A stretch of 64,000 nt of DNA from Acholeplasmataceae bacterium. Its GTDB lineage: Bacteria > Bacillota_I > Bacilli_A > Acholeplasmatales > Acholeplasmataceae. A program made the position numbers and the translations under genes. Every line of letters begins with the position of its first letter. The first letter of the stretch is position 1. The notes below the pieces were generated by a model, which did not search any database, had not been told where the DNA came from, and saw only the letters and a program-made list of their open reading frames with translations. The DNA is taken from positions 896,001-960,000 of the forward strand of contig OY775910.1 of the NCBI GenBank assembly GCA_963675245.1, read 5' to 3'. This document shows, piece by piece, positions 10,271-21,100 of the stretch.

Positions 10271-11504
10271 ATTTGAAGATGCGAAGAAAATATATGAATC
10301 GTTTGGTGTCAATGTAGAACAGGCATTAGATACATTAAAAAAAATACCTATATCCATTCATTGTTGGCAAGGTGACGATGTTCGCGGGTTTGAATCTGAT
10401 GAACAAGCGTTAACGGGTGGCATTCAAGCAACAGGGAATTATCCAGGTCGTGCGCATGGATTCAAGGAATTAAGTAGAGATTTAGAAAAAGCATTCCAAC
10501 ATATTCCTGGTTCGAAACGCGTCAACTTGCATGCGATTTATGCTGTATCTGATAAACCCATTGGAAGAAATGATATTAAAAACGAACATTTTGATCCATG
10601 GTTAGAATTTGCGAAGAAAAACAATGTTAAATTAGATTTCAATCCAACCTTTTTCTCATCACCTATGGTAAAAGATAATCTAACATTATCTTCACCTGAT
10701 GAAGAAGTGAGATCTTTTTGGATTGAACATGGTGTCATTTCAAGAGACATCGCAGCATATATTGGTGAAAAACAAGAATCACCATGCTTATTTAATGTAT
10801 GGATTCCAGATGGTATGAAAGACACACCTGCTGATCGCGTTGGACCGCGATTAAGATTAAAAGATTCACTAGATAAAATCTTTAAGAAACCACTAAAAGA
10901 CGATGTTGTTATTGATGCTGTTGAGTCTAAAGTGTTCGGTATTGGATTAGAGTCGTATACGGTTGGTTCTCAAGAATTTTATATGAACTATGCACAACAA
11001 AAAGGCGTTTGTTGTCTCATTGATAATGGGCATTATCACCCAACTGAAAATGTTGCAGATAAATTATCATCCATGTTAATTTTTAATAAATATGTCGCAT
11101 TACATGTCACAAGACCTGTCCGCTGGGATAGTGATCACGTGGTCTTATTTGATGATATTACAAAAGATATCGCACGCGAAATCATTCAGTCAAAACAACC
11201 TGAACGTTTCTTAATTGGCCTCGATTATTTCGATGCGTCTATTAACAGAATTGCAGCTTGGATACTAGGTACAAGAAACTTCCAAAAAGCACTCTTACAA
11301 GCATTATTACTGCCACATGAATATATGACAAAACTTCAAAACAATGGTGAGTTCACTGAACTACTAGTTCTGAATGAAGAACTAAAAACATTACCATTTC
11401 ATGATGTTTGGGAAGCGTATTGTAAAAGTGAAAATGTATCACCAGACATGACTTGGTTTGATGATGTAAAAACATATGAGAAAGAGATTTTATCAAAACG
11501 TTAA
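10260..11504 (+). CDS. rhaA: L-rhamnose isomerase
   Basis: SIHCWQGDDV, GGIQATGNYPGRA, DFNPT, WIPDG, DAVESKVFGIG, HPTE, RPVRWDSDHV, GLDYFDASINR. Confidence 0.96.
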   Translation: MMSRFEDAKKIYESFGVNVEQALDTLKKIPISIHCWQGDDVRGFESDEQALTGGIQATGNYPGRAHGFKELSRDLEKAFQHIPGSKRVNLHAIYAVSDKPIGRNDIKNEHFDPWLEFAKKNNVKLDFNPTFFSSPMVKDNLTLSSPDEEVRSFWIEHGVISRDIAAYIGEKQESPCLFNVWIPDGMKDTPADRVGPRLRLKDSLDKIFKKPLKDDVVIDAVESKVFGIGLESYTVGSQEFYMNYAQQKGVCCLIDNGHYHPTENVADKLSSMLIFNKYVALHVTRPVRWDSDHVVLFDDITKDIAREIIQSKQPERFLIGLDYFDASINRIAAWILGTRNFQKALLQALLLPHEYMTKLQNNGEFTELLVLNEELKTLPFHDVWEAYCKSENVSPDMTWFDDVKTYEKEILSKR

Positions 11505-11533
11505 GTTTCAAAGATTTAATCAGAAATACATGC

Positions 11534-11562
11534 AAAAGCGAAGCTAGAATGCTTGGCTTTTT
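11534..11562 (+). terminator. Putative intrinsic terminator after rhaBA
   Basis: AAAAGCGAAGC-TAGAAT-GCTTGGCTTTTT (one mismatch). Confidence 0.55.
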
Positions 11563-11639
11563 AAACACTGAAAGCACAATAAATTAAATGTGATAAAATA
11601 GTGGTGACTGAACAATTCAGTTTTATTTGGGAGAAAAAT

Positions 11640-12350
11640 ATGATTAGAATTGCTATTGTTGAGGATGATAAAAATTACATAAGTGAATTAAAGAAAATGC
11701 TAGCACAATATGAAAAAGAAAGTGGCCGAAAATTAATCGTCACTGTTTTTGATGATGGTGAAGATATTGCGATTGATTATAAAGCAGAATATGACATTAT
11801 TTTAATGGATATTGAAATGCGTTTCATGGATGGCATGACAGCGGCGACTAAAATCCGTGAAAAAGATAACGAAGTTATTTTAATCTTTATTACGAATATG
11901 CCGCAATATGTCATGGAAGGTTACAAAGTTGATGCGCTAGATTATGTGTTAAAACCTTTAACATATTTTTCGCTGTCGCAACGCATTGATCGTGCCTTAA
12001 TAAGAATGAAAAAAAGATTGACTAAATACATTACAATTCCGATTCATAATGGTATTCAAAAAATTGATGTCAATAAGATATATTTTATAGAAATGCATAA
12101 TCACGATGCTATTTTTCATACTGAAAATGGTGAATATGTACTAAGAGAATCATTAAGAATTTTAGAAAAGTTACTTGAGAAGGAATCATTTTATCGTTGC
12201 CATAAAAGTTTTATGGTTAATTTAGCTTATGTTGACTCGATTCAAGGTTGTGATATTTATATTAAAGACCAAATAATTCAAGTTAGTAGAAGTAAGAAAA
12301 AAGATTTTATCGATGCTTTAAATAACTATTTAAATGAGGTTAGTAAATGA
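11640..12350 (+). CDS. LytTR-family response regulator
   Basis: IAIVEDD, LMDIEM (phospho-Asp), DYVLKP, FYRCHKSFMVNL (LytTR). Start set at ATG 11640. Confidence 0.93.
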   Translation: MIRIAIVEDDKNYISELKKMLAQYEKESGRKLIVTVFDDGEDIAIDYKAEYDIILMDIEMRFMDGMTAATKIREKDNEVILIFITNMPQYVMEGYKVDALDYVLKPLTYFSLSQRIDRALIRMKKRLTKYITIPIHNGIQKIDVNKIYFIEMHNHDAIFHTENGEYVLRESLRILEKLLEKESFYRCHKSFMVNLAYVDSIQGCDIYIKDQIIQVSRSKKKDFIDALNNYLNEVSK

Positions 12351-13684
12351 ACCTTCCAATCAATTTAACCGAAACACCTGGTGGCGTCTATGCGCTAGCG
12401 TATTGGTTTGGTGTCTTAGTGTTTATCATTGTGAATAGAAAAAAGATGAAGACTGTGCCATTGGTTGGTATTTCCATTTTTTTCCTTGTCTTTTTAGTAG
12501 CGATAATGACATTAAATCATCCTGTGCCAGCAATTTGGTTTATTCCTAGTATTATGTTATATGTTTGCATTATTGGCATATTTATGTATATTTCAATTGA
12601 TGTTTCCAAAATGAGTGTAGCTTATTATACAGCTAGAGCATTTCTTGTTGGTGAATTAATTGGATCATTAAGTTGGCAATTATTTCATTTTTCTATTATC
12701 AATGAATACTTTGAGAATAAACTTTGGATACTTTTAATGTTCTTGGCAATTGTAGAAACATTGGCATTTATGTTGCTTCTCACGCTTGAAAAGAAATTTA
12801 AAGAAGAAGATCGTAGTTTTAATGTCTCGCAAAGAGACTTAATAGCGACTGTTTTAATTGTTGTGGTTATTTTTATGGTTAGTAATTTGAGTTATGTGAA
12901 TGAAAACACACCATTCAGTGGGACAATGGATGCGGAAATTTTTAATGTTAGAACGTTGGTTGACTTCGGTGGCGTTGCTTTACTATTTGCATTTCATATT
13001 CAAATTACGGAGTTACATATGAAATTTGAAGTTGGAAAATTACAAAGTCTATTAAAACTTCAAGTAGAAAATTACGAATTGTCAAAAAAGAGTATTGAAA
13101 TGGTTAATCAAAAATATCACGATTTAAAACACCATATCGCCGTTATGAAATCAAATGCAAGCGATGATTCTTCAATTGAATATTTAAATAAAATGGAAAA
13201 AGAAATTAAATCATATGAAGCGCAAAACAAAACTGGAAATCATGTTTTAGACACAATTTTAACCGTTAAATCATTGACGTGTCAGTCGAACAATACGCAA
13301 TTAAACGTAATTGCGGATGGACACTTACTAGCTATGTTTGATCCAATTGATATATCCACACTTTTCGGTAACATACTAGATAATGCTATTGAGAGTGTTA
13401 AGATCATCAAGGAGAAAGATCAAAGGATTATACATTTGAGTATTTCTAAGCAAAAACAATTTATGTTAATTCGTCTTGAAAATCCTTACACTGGTAAAAT
13501 TAAATATAAAGATGGTTTACCAATGACAACTAAAAAAGATCAATCTAATCATGGTTATGGTTTAAAAAGCGTACTTAATACTGTGAAGAAATATGATGGT
13601 TCACTGACAATTAGTGATGATGATAAATGGTTTGAAGTTCGCATCCTTATTCCTCTTGCAACATCACTTAATTCATCGTTTTAA
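12347..13684 (+). CDS. Membrane GHKL sensor histidine kinase (AgrC/HATPase_c_5 type)
   Basis: About six TM segments, KYHDLKHHI H-box, GNILDNAIE N-box, HGYGLKS G-box. Confidence 0.92.
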   Translation: MNLPINLTETPGGVYALAYWFGVLVFIIVNRKKMKTVPLVGISIFFLVFLVAIMTLNHPVPAIWFIPSIMLYVCIIGIFMYISIDVSKMSVAYYTARAFLVGELIGSLSWQLFHFSIINEYFENKLWILLMFLAIVETLAFMLLLTLEKKFKEEDRSFNVSQRDLIATVLIVVVIFMVSNLSYVNENTPFSGTMDAEIFNVRTLVDFGGVALLFAFHIQITELHMKFEVGKLQSLLKLQVENYELSKKSIEMVNQKYHDLKHHIAVMKSNASDDSSIEYLNKMEKEIKSYEAQNKTGNHVLDTILTVKSLTCQSNNTQLNVIADGHLLAMFDPIDISTLFGNILDNAIESVKIIKEKDQRIIHLSISKQKQFMLIRLENPYTGKIKYKDGLPMTTKKDQSNHGYGLKSVLNTVKKYDGSLTISDDDKWFEVRILIPLATSLNSSF

Positions 13685-13695
13685 ATACTAATTAC

Positions 13696-13723
13696 AAAGG
13701 CTATTTAATAGCCTTTTATTTTT
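13696..13723 (+). terminator. Intrinsic terminator after the two-component system
   Basis: AAAGGCTATT-T-AATAGCCTTT followed by a T-rich tail. Confidence 0.7.
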
Positions 13724-13739
13724 AAGTTTTAATCGTAAA

Positions 13740-13773
13740 AATACATTTCACGCATTAATTAATACATTTCACG
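13740..13773 (+). promoter_or_regulatory. LytTR-type tandem direct repeat upstream of the glycosidase operon
   Basis: AATACATTTCACG at 13740-13752 and 13761-13773 (21-bp period), upstream of extended -10 TGtTAAAAT (13801-13809) with no good -35. Confidence 0.7.
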
Positions 13774-13928
13774 AAATCACAAAAAATTCCGAAAATTTAG
13801 TGTTAAAATATAAAATAAAGCGTTTACATTGATGGTTTTAATATCTAAACCACAATACAATCATCTTGTTAATATACATCATTGAAACAAATATCATATT
13901 TGCTTCAAGGCGATAAAAGGAGCATATT

Positions 13929-16484
13929 GTGTTAAAAATTAGAGATCTGAAAATTGAAAATCAGACGCATGATATCGTTACTGATCAATTGAGACCAAGA
14001 ATTTCATATTATGTGGAAAGTGATCGAAAAGAAACAAATATCTTAAACGGACACATACAAATTGGCGATTGGTCCCTTGACACAACTGAACATGTAGCTG
14101 TCATGTATGACGGTCCCCAACTTACCCCTTATTCTTCATATACTGTTCATGTTGAAATCGAAGATGATCAAGGTAATATAGCTAAGGCGTCTAATACATT
14201 TAGCACAGGGAAGCTAGAAACACCTTGGGAAGCGAAATGGATTACTGATGGAGAGTACACATTTAAAGGTCAAAAGAAATCACCTAAAACAATGACCTTT
14301 AAAAAAGTTTTTACAAGTGATAAAAAAATCAAAAGTGCAAAAGTGTATGCTACTGCACTTGGTATATATGAATTAAATTTAAACGGAAAAAAAGTCGGGA
14401 ATGATTATTTTGCACCGGGTTTTACTGCGTATAAACATCACCTTCAATATCAAGTTTATGATATTACGAGTGACATAAAGTCGTCTAATGAGTTAACCGC
14501 CATAGTTGGTGGAGGATGGGCCGTTGGACCATTTACGTATGTCAGACGAACAAGGGTATTTGCAAAGAAACAAGCATTTCTTTGTGAGATAAGAATAACA
14601 TATACAGATGGTAGTACAGAAGTTATTAGTACAGATTCATCATGGGATGTTACACTAGATGGAAATTACGTTGAAACTGAATTTTATGATGGCGAAGTAT
14701 ATGATGCGACAATAGATATCTCAAAGATTAATTTTCACAAAGCTAGTTTAGCTAAAGTCTCAATAAAACCAGACATCACTGCAACGTATGGCGCAATGGT
14801 TAAACACATGGAAACATTGAAACCAATTGGTCATCATAAATCCAATCAAGGAACATTAATCTATGATTTTGGTCAAAATTTTGCAGGTGTAATTTCAATC
14901 AAAATTAATGCTAAAAAAGGACAAAGAATTGTTTTCAGACACGCAGAAATATTAATGAATGGTGAATTATATACAGAACCACTCAGAAGTGCAAAACAAG
15001 AAATTGTGTATATCGCAAAAGAGGGCGAACAAGTTTATTCACCCCGTATGACATTCATGGGATTCAGATTTGTGAGTGTTGAAGGTATCGCATCTGAAGA
15101 TTTAGAAATAACGGGATTAGTGTTATATTCAGATATTGAAACCACTGGTCAGTTTGAGTGTTCTAATTCCGATTTAAATCAACTTCAAAGAAATATTACT
15201 TGGAGTGCAAAGTCTAATTTCATTGATATTCCAATGGATTGTCCACAACGTGATGAACGCATGGGTTGGACAGGTGATATTGGGTTATTCGCATCAACAG
15301 CTGCATATAACTTTGATATGAGTCGGTTTTTGGAAAAATGGCTCATTGACGTCAAAGTCGAACAAAGACGCGGTGGTGGCATTCCAGTGATAGTACCGCT
15401 AGTCCGAGTACCACTACAATATGAGATTGCCTTACCAATGGCAGTTGATCATTGGGGTGACGCGTGTGTGTTAGTACCGTGGGCTGAATACTTAACACGT
15501 GGTGATATTAGTTTATTAGAAACCATGTATCCAGTCATGAAGAAATATATAAAAGCATGTCAGTTCTGGGCAGGGTTATTCTCATTTGGAAAACACCGTA
15601 AAATTTGGAAACTAGGTCATCATTATGGTGATTGGGTCGCACCCAACTCAGGTTTAATGGAGTGGATGAGTCGTGGTAAATGGACCGGAACAGCAAGTTT
15701 ATCAAACACTAGTAACATTGTGTCTAAAATTGCTCAGATATTAAATAAAACAGAAGATGTTGCATATTATAAGAAGCTTAGTGAAGATACAGCTGTTGCA
15801 TATCGAGACATATTGATGAATGATGATTGTTCAATCAAAAAAGAGTTTCAAACAGGATATGTCTTACCGCTTCATTATAAAATGCTTAACGATCAAGATC
15901 GATTTAAAGCAGCGGATCATTTGGCGGATATCATTCGCGAAAATGATTATAAAATCGCAACCGGATTTCCAGGTACGCCTTATGTCTTATTCGCTTTAGC
16001 AGATAATGGTCATTTAGAAGATGCGTATAAGATGCTTTTAAATGATGAAGCACCTTCTTGGTTATTTATGTTAAGAGCAGGTGCAACCACCATTTGGGAA
16101 AAATGGGATGCACTAAAAGAAAATGGTACAAGCAATACTGGTGAAGGTGATGGTTTGAAATGTATGGTATCGTTCAATCATTATGCGAACGGTGCTGTTG
16201 GAGATTTCTTCTATAAAAGAATCGCAGGTATTGAACCATTAGAGGGTGGATATAAATCCTTTAGTGTTAACCCAAGACTTGGTGGTAATCTGACATATGC
16301 TAAAGCTTCAGTAATGTCAGCATATGGCAAAATCGAAAGTCATTGGGAAATTAAAGATAATAACTTTACAATAAATGTTACTGTTCCTGTTGGATCAACG
16401 TGCTATTTGCAATTACCGAATGGAGAGAAACATGAATTGTTGAATGGTACTTACACATATGCACAAGATTTGAGAGAAAGGTAA
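13929..16484 (+). CDS. Alpha-L-rhamnosidase (GH78), no signal peptide
   Basis: TALGIYEL, YDFGQNFAG, DCPQRDERMGWTGD, GATTIWEKWD, SFNHYANG. Confidence 0.93.
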   Translation: MLKIRDLKIENQTHDIVTDQLRPRISYYVESDRKETNILNGHIQIGDWSLDTTEHVAVMYDGPQLTPYSSYTVHVEIEDDQGNIAKASNTFSTGKLETPWEAKWITDGEYTFKGQKKSPKTMTFKKVFTSDKKIKSAKVYATALGIYELNLNGKKVGNDYFAPGFTAYKHHLQYQVYDITSDIKSSNELTAIVGGGWAVGPFTYVRRTRVFAKKQAFLCEIRITYTDGSTEVISTDSSWDVTLDGNYVETEFYDGEVYDATIDISKINFHKASLAKVSIKPDITATYGAMVKHMETLKPIGHHKSNQGTLIYDFGQNFAGVISIKINAKKGQRIVFRHAEILMNGELYTEPLRSAKQEIVYIAKEGEQVYSPRMTFMGFRFVSVEGIASEDLEITGLVLYSDIETTGQFECSNSDLNQLQRNITWSAKSNFIDIPMDCPQRDERMGWTGDIGLFASTAAYNFDMSRFLEKWLIDVKVEQRRGGGIPVIVPLVRVPLQYEIALPMAVDHWGDACVLVPWAEYLTRGDISLLETMYPVMKKYIKACQFWAGLFSFGKHRKIWKLGHHYGDWVAPNSGLMEWMSRGKWTGTASLSNTSNIVSKIAQILNKTEDVAYYKKLSEDTAVAYRDILMNDDCSIKKEFQTGYVLPLHYKMLNDQDRFKAADHLADIIRENDYKIATGFPGTPYVLFALADNGHLEDAYKMLLNDEAPSWLFMLRAGATTIWEKWDALKENGTSNTGEGDGLKCMVSFNHYANGAVGDFFYKRIAGIEPLEGGYKSFSVNPRLGGNLTYAKASVMSAYGKIESHWEIKDNNFTINVTVPVGSTCYLQLPNGEKHELLNGTYTYAQDLRER

Positions 16485-16492
16485 CAAGAGCA

Positions 16493-18064
16493 ATGAAATT
16501 TCTGAACATGTTTAAAAACCCATTATTTAAAACAAAGATTAAAACAGCAAAAGTAAACAAAAAGGAAATGATCATAGGTTATTTCTTAGCACCATTCCTT
16601 GCATTAATGTCAAATGCCATCTTTGGATCTTACTTAAATCGTTATTTCTCTGATGTTATTGGGTGGACAGATGCAACCAGATTTGGTGTGTTCTCGGCGT
16701 TATTACCAATGTTATCTGTCATTTTAGTTATCGCTGGAAATGTATTTATTGGAAGATTGATTGATAAAACAAAAACACCAGCAGGTAAAGCAAGACCGTA
16801 TTTAATTCTTGCAGCTCCACTATTAGTTATTACAATGGCATTGTTGTTCTCTAATCCAATCAACAGTAGTCCTGTTATTCAAATGATTTGGATTGCCATT
16901 TCGTATAACTTATATTATGCATTAGCTTATCCAATTTATTATGCGTCTCATAGTGCGATGGTTGGTTTATCTACGAGAGATTCAAATAAACGTGGCTTAT
17001 TATCAACTATGTCAAATGCATCAGCAGTAGCTGCTGTAGGTATTGGCGCAAGCATGATTGTTCCATTCTTTATGATGAGTTTCTTGTTTGCTGAAACAAA
17101 TGGCGTATTAGATGTTCAACAAAGTTATGCTAACTGGCGTATCTTAATGATTATTCTTTGTGGTGTCACTTTCTTAGCAACATTGTTAGAATATTTCTTC
17201 ACAAGAGAAAGAATCACAGAAGAAGTTACTCATGAAGAACATTTAAGTGCACCAAAAATTTCAACTAAAGAACAGATTAAAGCATGTGTAACAAATAAAT
17301 ATTGGTGGATTATCATTCTTTATTTCCTACTGTTTCAATTAGGTGGACTAGTGAAGAATGGGTCTATGGTTTACTATAGCAGATGGATGTTTGATACAGT
17401 AACCGATGAAGCTAGTGCTGGACAAGTGATGGCTTTAATAGGCTTAATAGGAGGTATACCAACCGCAATTGGCATGTTACTCGCTTGGCCATTAGCAAAT
17501 AAACTTGGTAAGAAAAATGCAATCTTTCTAGGTTTGATTATTTCAGTTATCGGTGGCGCGGTAAGCTTCATAAATGTTCATAGCGTCTTAATGGTAAGTA
17601 TTGGTATTGTTTTAAAAGGTATAGGTTCCATTCCTGCGATGTATGTCACATTAGCATTATTGTCTGATGTACTTGATCACATGGAAGCTAAAAATAGGTT
17701 TAGAAGTGATGGATTCACAATGGCAATATACGGATCGATCATGGTAGGTTTATTAGGACTAGGCAACGGATTAATTAATGCACTATTAAGTGTCACTGGT
17801 TATGACCCGCTCGCTTCAACACAGTCGGGTGGTGTACAAACAGTATTGGTCATCTGTTTCTTAGGACTTGAATTGGCATTATATGCAGTCATTGTTGTAT
17901 TATTCCAATTCATGAATGTAGAAAAACATATTAAAGAAGATCAAGAGACGATTAAAGAGTATCAAAAACAGAAGGTTCTTGCAGCTGGAGGAGAGTGGAT
18001 TGATCCAGAAGAAAGATTAAGGATGGAGCAAGAAGCGGACGAAAGCGAGTTGAAAAAAACTTAA
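16493..18064 (+). CDS. MFS transporter, glycoside-pentoside-hexuronide (MelB-like) family
   Basis: About 12 TM segments; GRLIDKTKTPAGKARPY; FTRERI. Confidence 0.88.
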   Translation: MKFLNMFKNPLFKTKIKTAKVNKKEMIIGYFLAPFLALMSNAIFGSYLNRYFSDVIGWTDATRFGVFSALLPMLSVILVIAGNVFIGRLIDKTKTPAGKARPYLILAAPLLVITMALLFSNPINSSPVIQMIWIAISYNLYYALAYPIYYASHSAMVGLSTRDSNKRGLLSTMSNASAVAAVGIGASMIVPFFMMSFLFAETNGVLDVQQSYANWRILMIILCGVTFLATLLEYFFTRERITEEVTHEEHLSAPKISTKEQIKACVTNKYWWIIILYFLLFQLGGLVKNGSMVYYSRWMFDTVTDEASAGQVMALIGLIGGIPTAIGMLLAWPLANKLGKKNAIFLGLIISVIGGAVSFINVHSVLMVSIGIVLKGIGSIPAMYVTLALLSDVLDHMEAKNRFRSDGFTMAIYGSIMVGLLGLGNGLINALLSVTGYDPLASTQSGGVQTVLVICFLGLELALYAVIVVLFQFMNVEKHIKEDQETIKEYQKQKVLAAGGEWIDPEERLRMEQEADESELKKT

Positions 18065-18167
18065 TTCCATCTTATTAAGAAAGGTTTAATGATTTTTTAG
18101 AAAAGTCTCTTGAGAGTAGTAAATAAAAATGAGTAAAATAAAAAAATATATAGAAGGAGTAAACAAA

Positions 18168-21100
18168 ATGAAAGTAAGAATCAAAAAGAACAGTTTTAGT
18201 TTAGTTAGACACATGCTGGTTTTGACTTTGACACTTTTCATAGCAATATCAGCAGGTTCACTTGCTTTTGCTGCTAACAACGGGATTGCTATCCCTACGT
18301 ATGATACATTAGAAGAAGCACAAGCAGCAGCAGCAGAGTTGAACATTGAACTCACTGGTGAAGGTTCAGTATTATTAAAGAACCAAAGTGATGCATTACC
18401 TCTTAGCAAATCAAGTGAAGGTGTTACAGTATTTGGTTATGCAGCTGCTTCATTGCAAGGTGGTAGTGGTGAATTAGTCGCTGAACTTGCAGATGCTGGA
18501 TTCACAGTCAATCCAACATTGATTCTAGAAGAAGATGCATTAACAGCAACTATTGATACAGCATATGATGATGTTGGCGTCGTCGTTCTAAGACGTGGTG
18601 GTGGTGAAGGTCAAGACCTTTCTGTAGCTACTGACGAACTTGCAGATGATGCAAACGAAAACGTTAATGGATGGACACATGAACGCTTAGCGCAAAATTC
18701 TGCTGGAGAAGACTTAAAACATTACTTAATGTTAACAAGTGCAGAAATCGCGATGATTGAACAAGCTAAAGCAAAAACTGCTAAAGTTGTTGTTCTCTTG
18801 AACACATCTACTCCGCTTGAAATGTACAACCTTGAACACGATGCTGGTGTTGATGCTATCATGTTTATTGGGCGTCCTGGTGCAAACGGACTTAAAGCTG
18901 TTCCTAAGCTATTAAGTGGTGAAATCAATCCATCAGGTAAAACCGTTGATGAATGGTACAAAGATTTTTCAATGGATCCAACTTGGTACAACTCAATTGC
19001 TAATGTTCAAAATGATGCTGGCAGTAATTCATACATCTTATCAGATGGTAGTCAAGCTAGTTCAATTGGTTTACATGGCGTTGACTATTCAGAAGACATC
19101 TATATGGGATATAGATATTATGAAACAGTCTATGCAGAAATACTGGCTGGAAACCTCAGTTTTGATGGAGCTGACTTAAGCGAAGCAGCACCTCTTGATG
19201 CACAAGCAGAAGCAGATCTATGGTATGCAGATAATGTCGTTTATCCATTCGGATATGGTCTATCTTATTCAACATTTGATATCAGCATATTATCAATTTC
19301 TGAAAGTTCACTTGATGCAGCTGACATTAGTTCATCAGTATTTGATCCAGCTAATATTAAATCAATCTCATTAATCGTTGAAGTAACAAATACTGGCGAT
19401 GTAGCTGGTAAAGAAGTAGTAGAAATCTATGCACAAGCTCCTTATACAGCTGGTGAAATTGAAAAAGCTTCTGTTAATTTAGTTGCATATGCAAAGACAG
19501 ATCTTCTTCAACCTGGTAAATCTCAAAAATTATTAATTGAAGTTCAATTACAAGATTTCGCATCTTATGATTATAATGATGCAAACAGTAATGGATTCAA
19601 AGGTTTTGAATTAGAAGGTGGCGTGTATACGTTATTTGCTTCAAACACATCACATTGTGTTGCTGCAACTGAACAAGTATCATTAACAATCGTTGGTGAT
19701 GCATTACTTGGATTAGATGACTTCACGGATAATGAAATTATGAATTTATTCTCAGTAGAAAACGGTAGAAACTATTCACTTCGCAGAAATGATGGCGATT
19801 TTGATGGTGATGGCGTTTATGGTGATATTATGTTCTCAGATGAACAAGTATTACTTTCTAGAGCAGCTTTAGTTTCAACATTCCCACAAGCTCCAGTCAC
19901 AACAGTTGATGGTATTCCTGTTTCAGCATTCACAGAATTTGACAATACTGTATCTTATGCAATCGATGATATCGTTAAAGTTACCATCGTACAATCAGGC
20001 TTCACAGGCACAGGTAGTGTGACTTATTATAAATTTATTGCTGCTCATGCACCTGGTGAATTCAATCTTGCAGAAGTTGAAACATTATCAGGCATTTACA
20101 GCGGTGGATTAGTTGTTACACAAGAATTTGCTGATTTAATGGATTATTATGCAAAATTCACATTAAATCTTTGGGAAACTGAATATCCATATTTTAATCC
20201 TGCAAGCTCATATGCAACAAATGATGAATTCGGATTAACAGACACTAAACAGGTCTATCAAGCTACAAAGGACAGTGCAGCTGTTCCTGAAGTAACAGTA
20301 GATGGTACTTTTGCAATTGACTCTTACCTATTATCTAATGGTACGATTTATCATGTAATCGCTGAAATACCAACTATTACTTTCAAGGATAATGGTCCTG
20401 TTGCTGATGGTATCGCAACACAAGCTTATGCAGTTGGTGACTATGTAAATTATAGTTATACTAGCTGGGGTGGTGCAAGATCAGGTAGCGTTCTAATTAC
20501 TGCACCTATCGCTGTTGGCGAAGCAATTAATACAAGAACTAATGCTCAAAACTTCTCAGCATCAATGAGACTTATTACAGATGGTGATACACCAAACGTT
20601 GCAGAAGTAAGTCAAGAAACATATATTACTACTGTTATGGAAGCAACTTTAACGGCAACTGAAAATACAGGTGAATATGTCTATTCAGACCAATTATTCA
20701 TCGGTAGTGAAGGTGTTAATGGCTATGATGGTAATGTAGACGGTTTATATGATGTTGATGCAGAGATGTTAGAAGGCTGGACTCAAATGGCTGATGCAGA
20801 TGCACAATTAGCAGCAAGAGAAGCGGCTGGCGATGATTGGATTTATTACAATGATCTTAATGGCATTCTCTTCAATGATGAAAACATGATCATGTCTGGT
20901 AAACTTGCTGGTATGACTGGTGTAGAAGCTTGGACGAAGTTCATGAACCAATGGACATGGAATGACTTCTATACAGCTAATTGGAGCGGCGGAGCTAATG
21001 GTAATGCAGTTGAAAACCTAGGCATTCCTAGTGGTGGTATTGCTGACTCACCAACAAACTGGAATGGCACATATACATGGTGTGACAACGCAACAATCGG

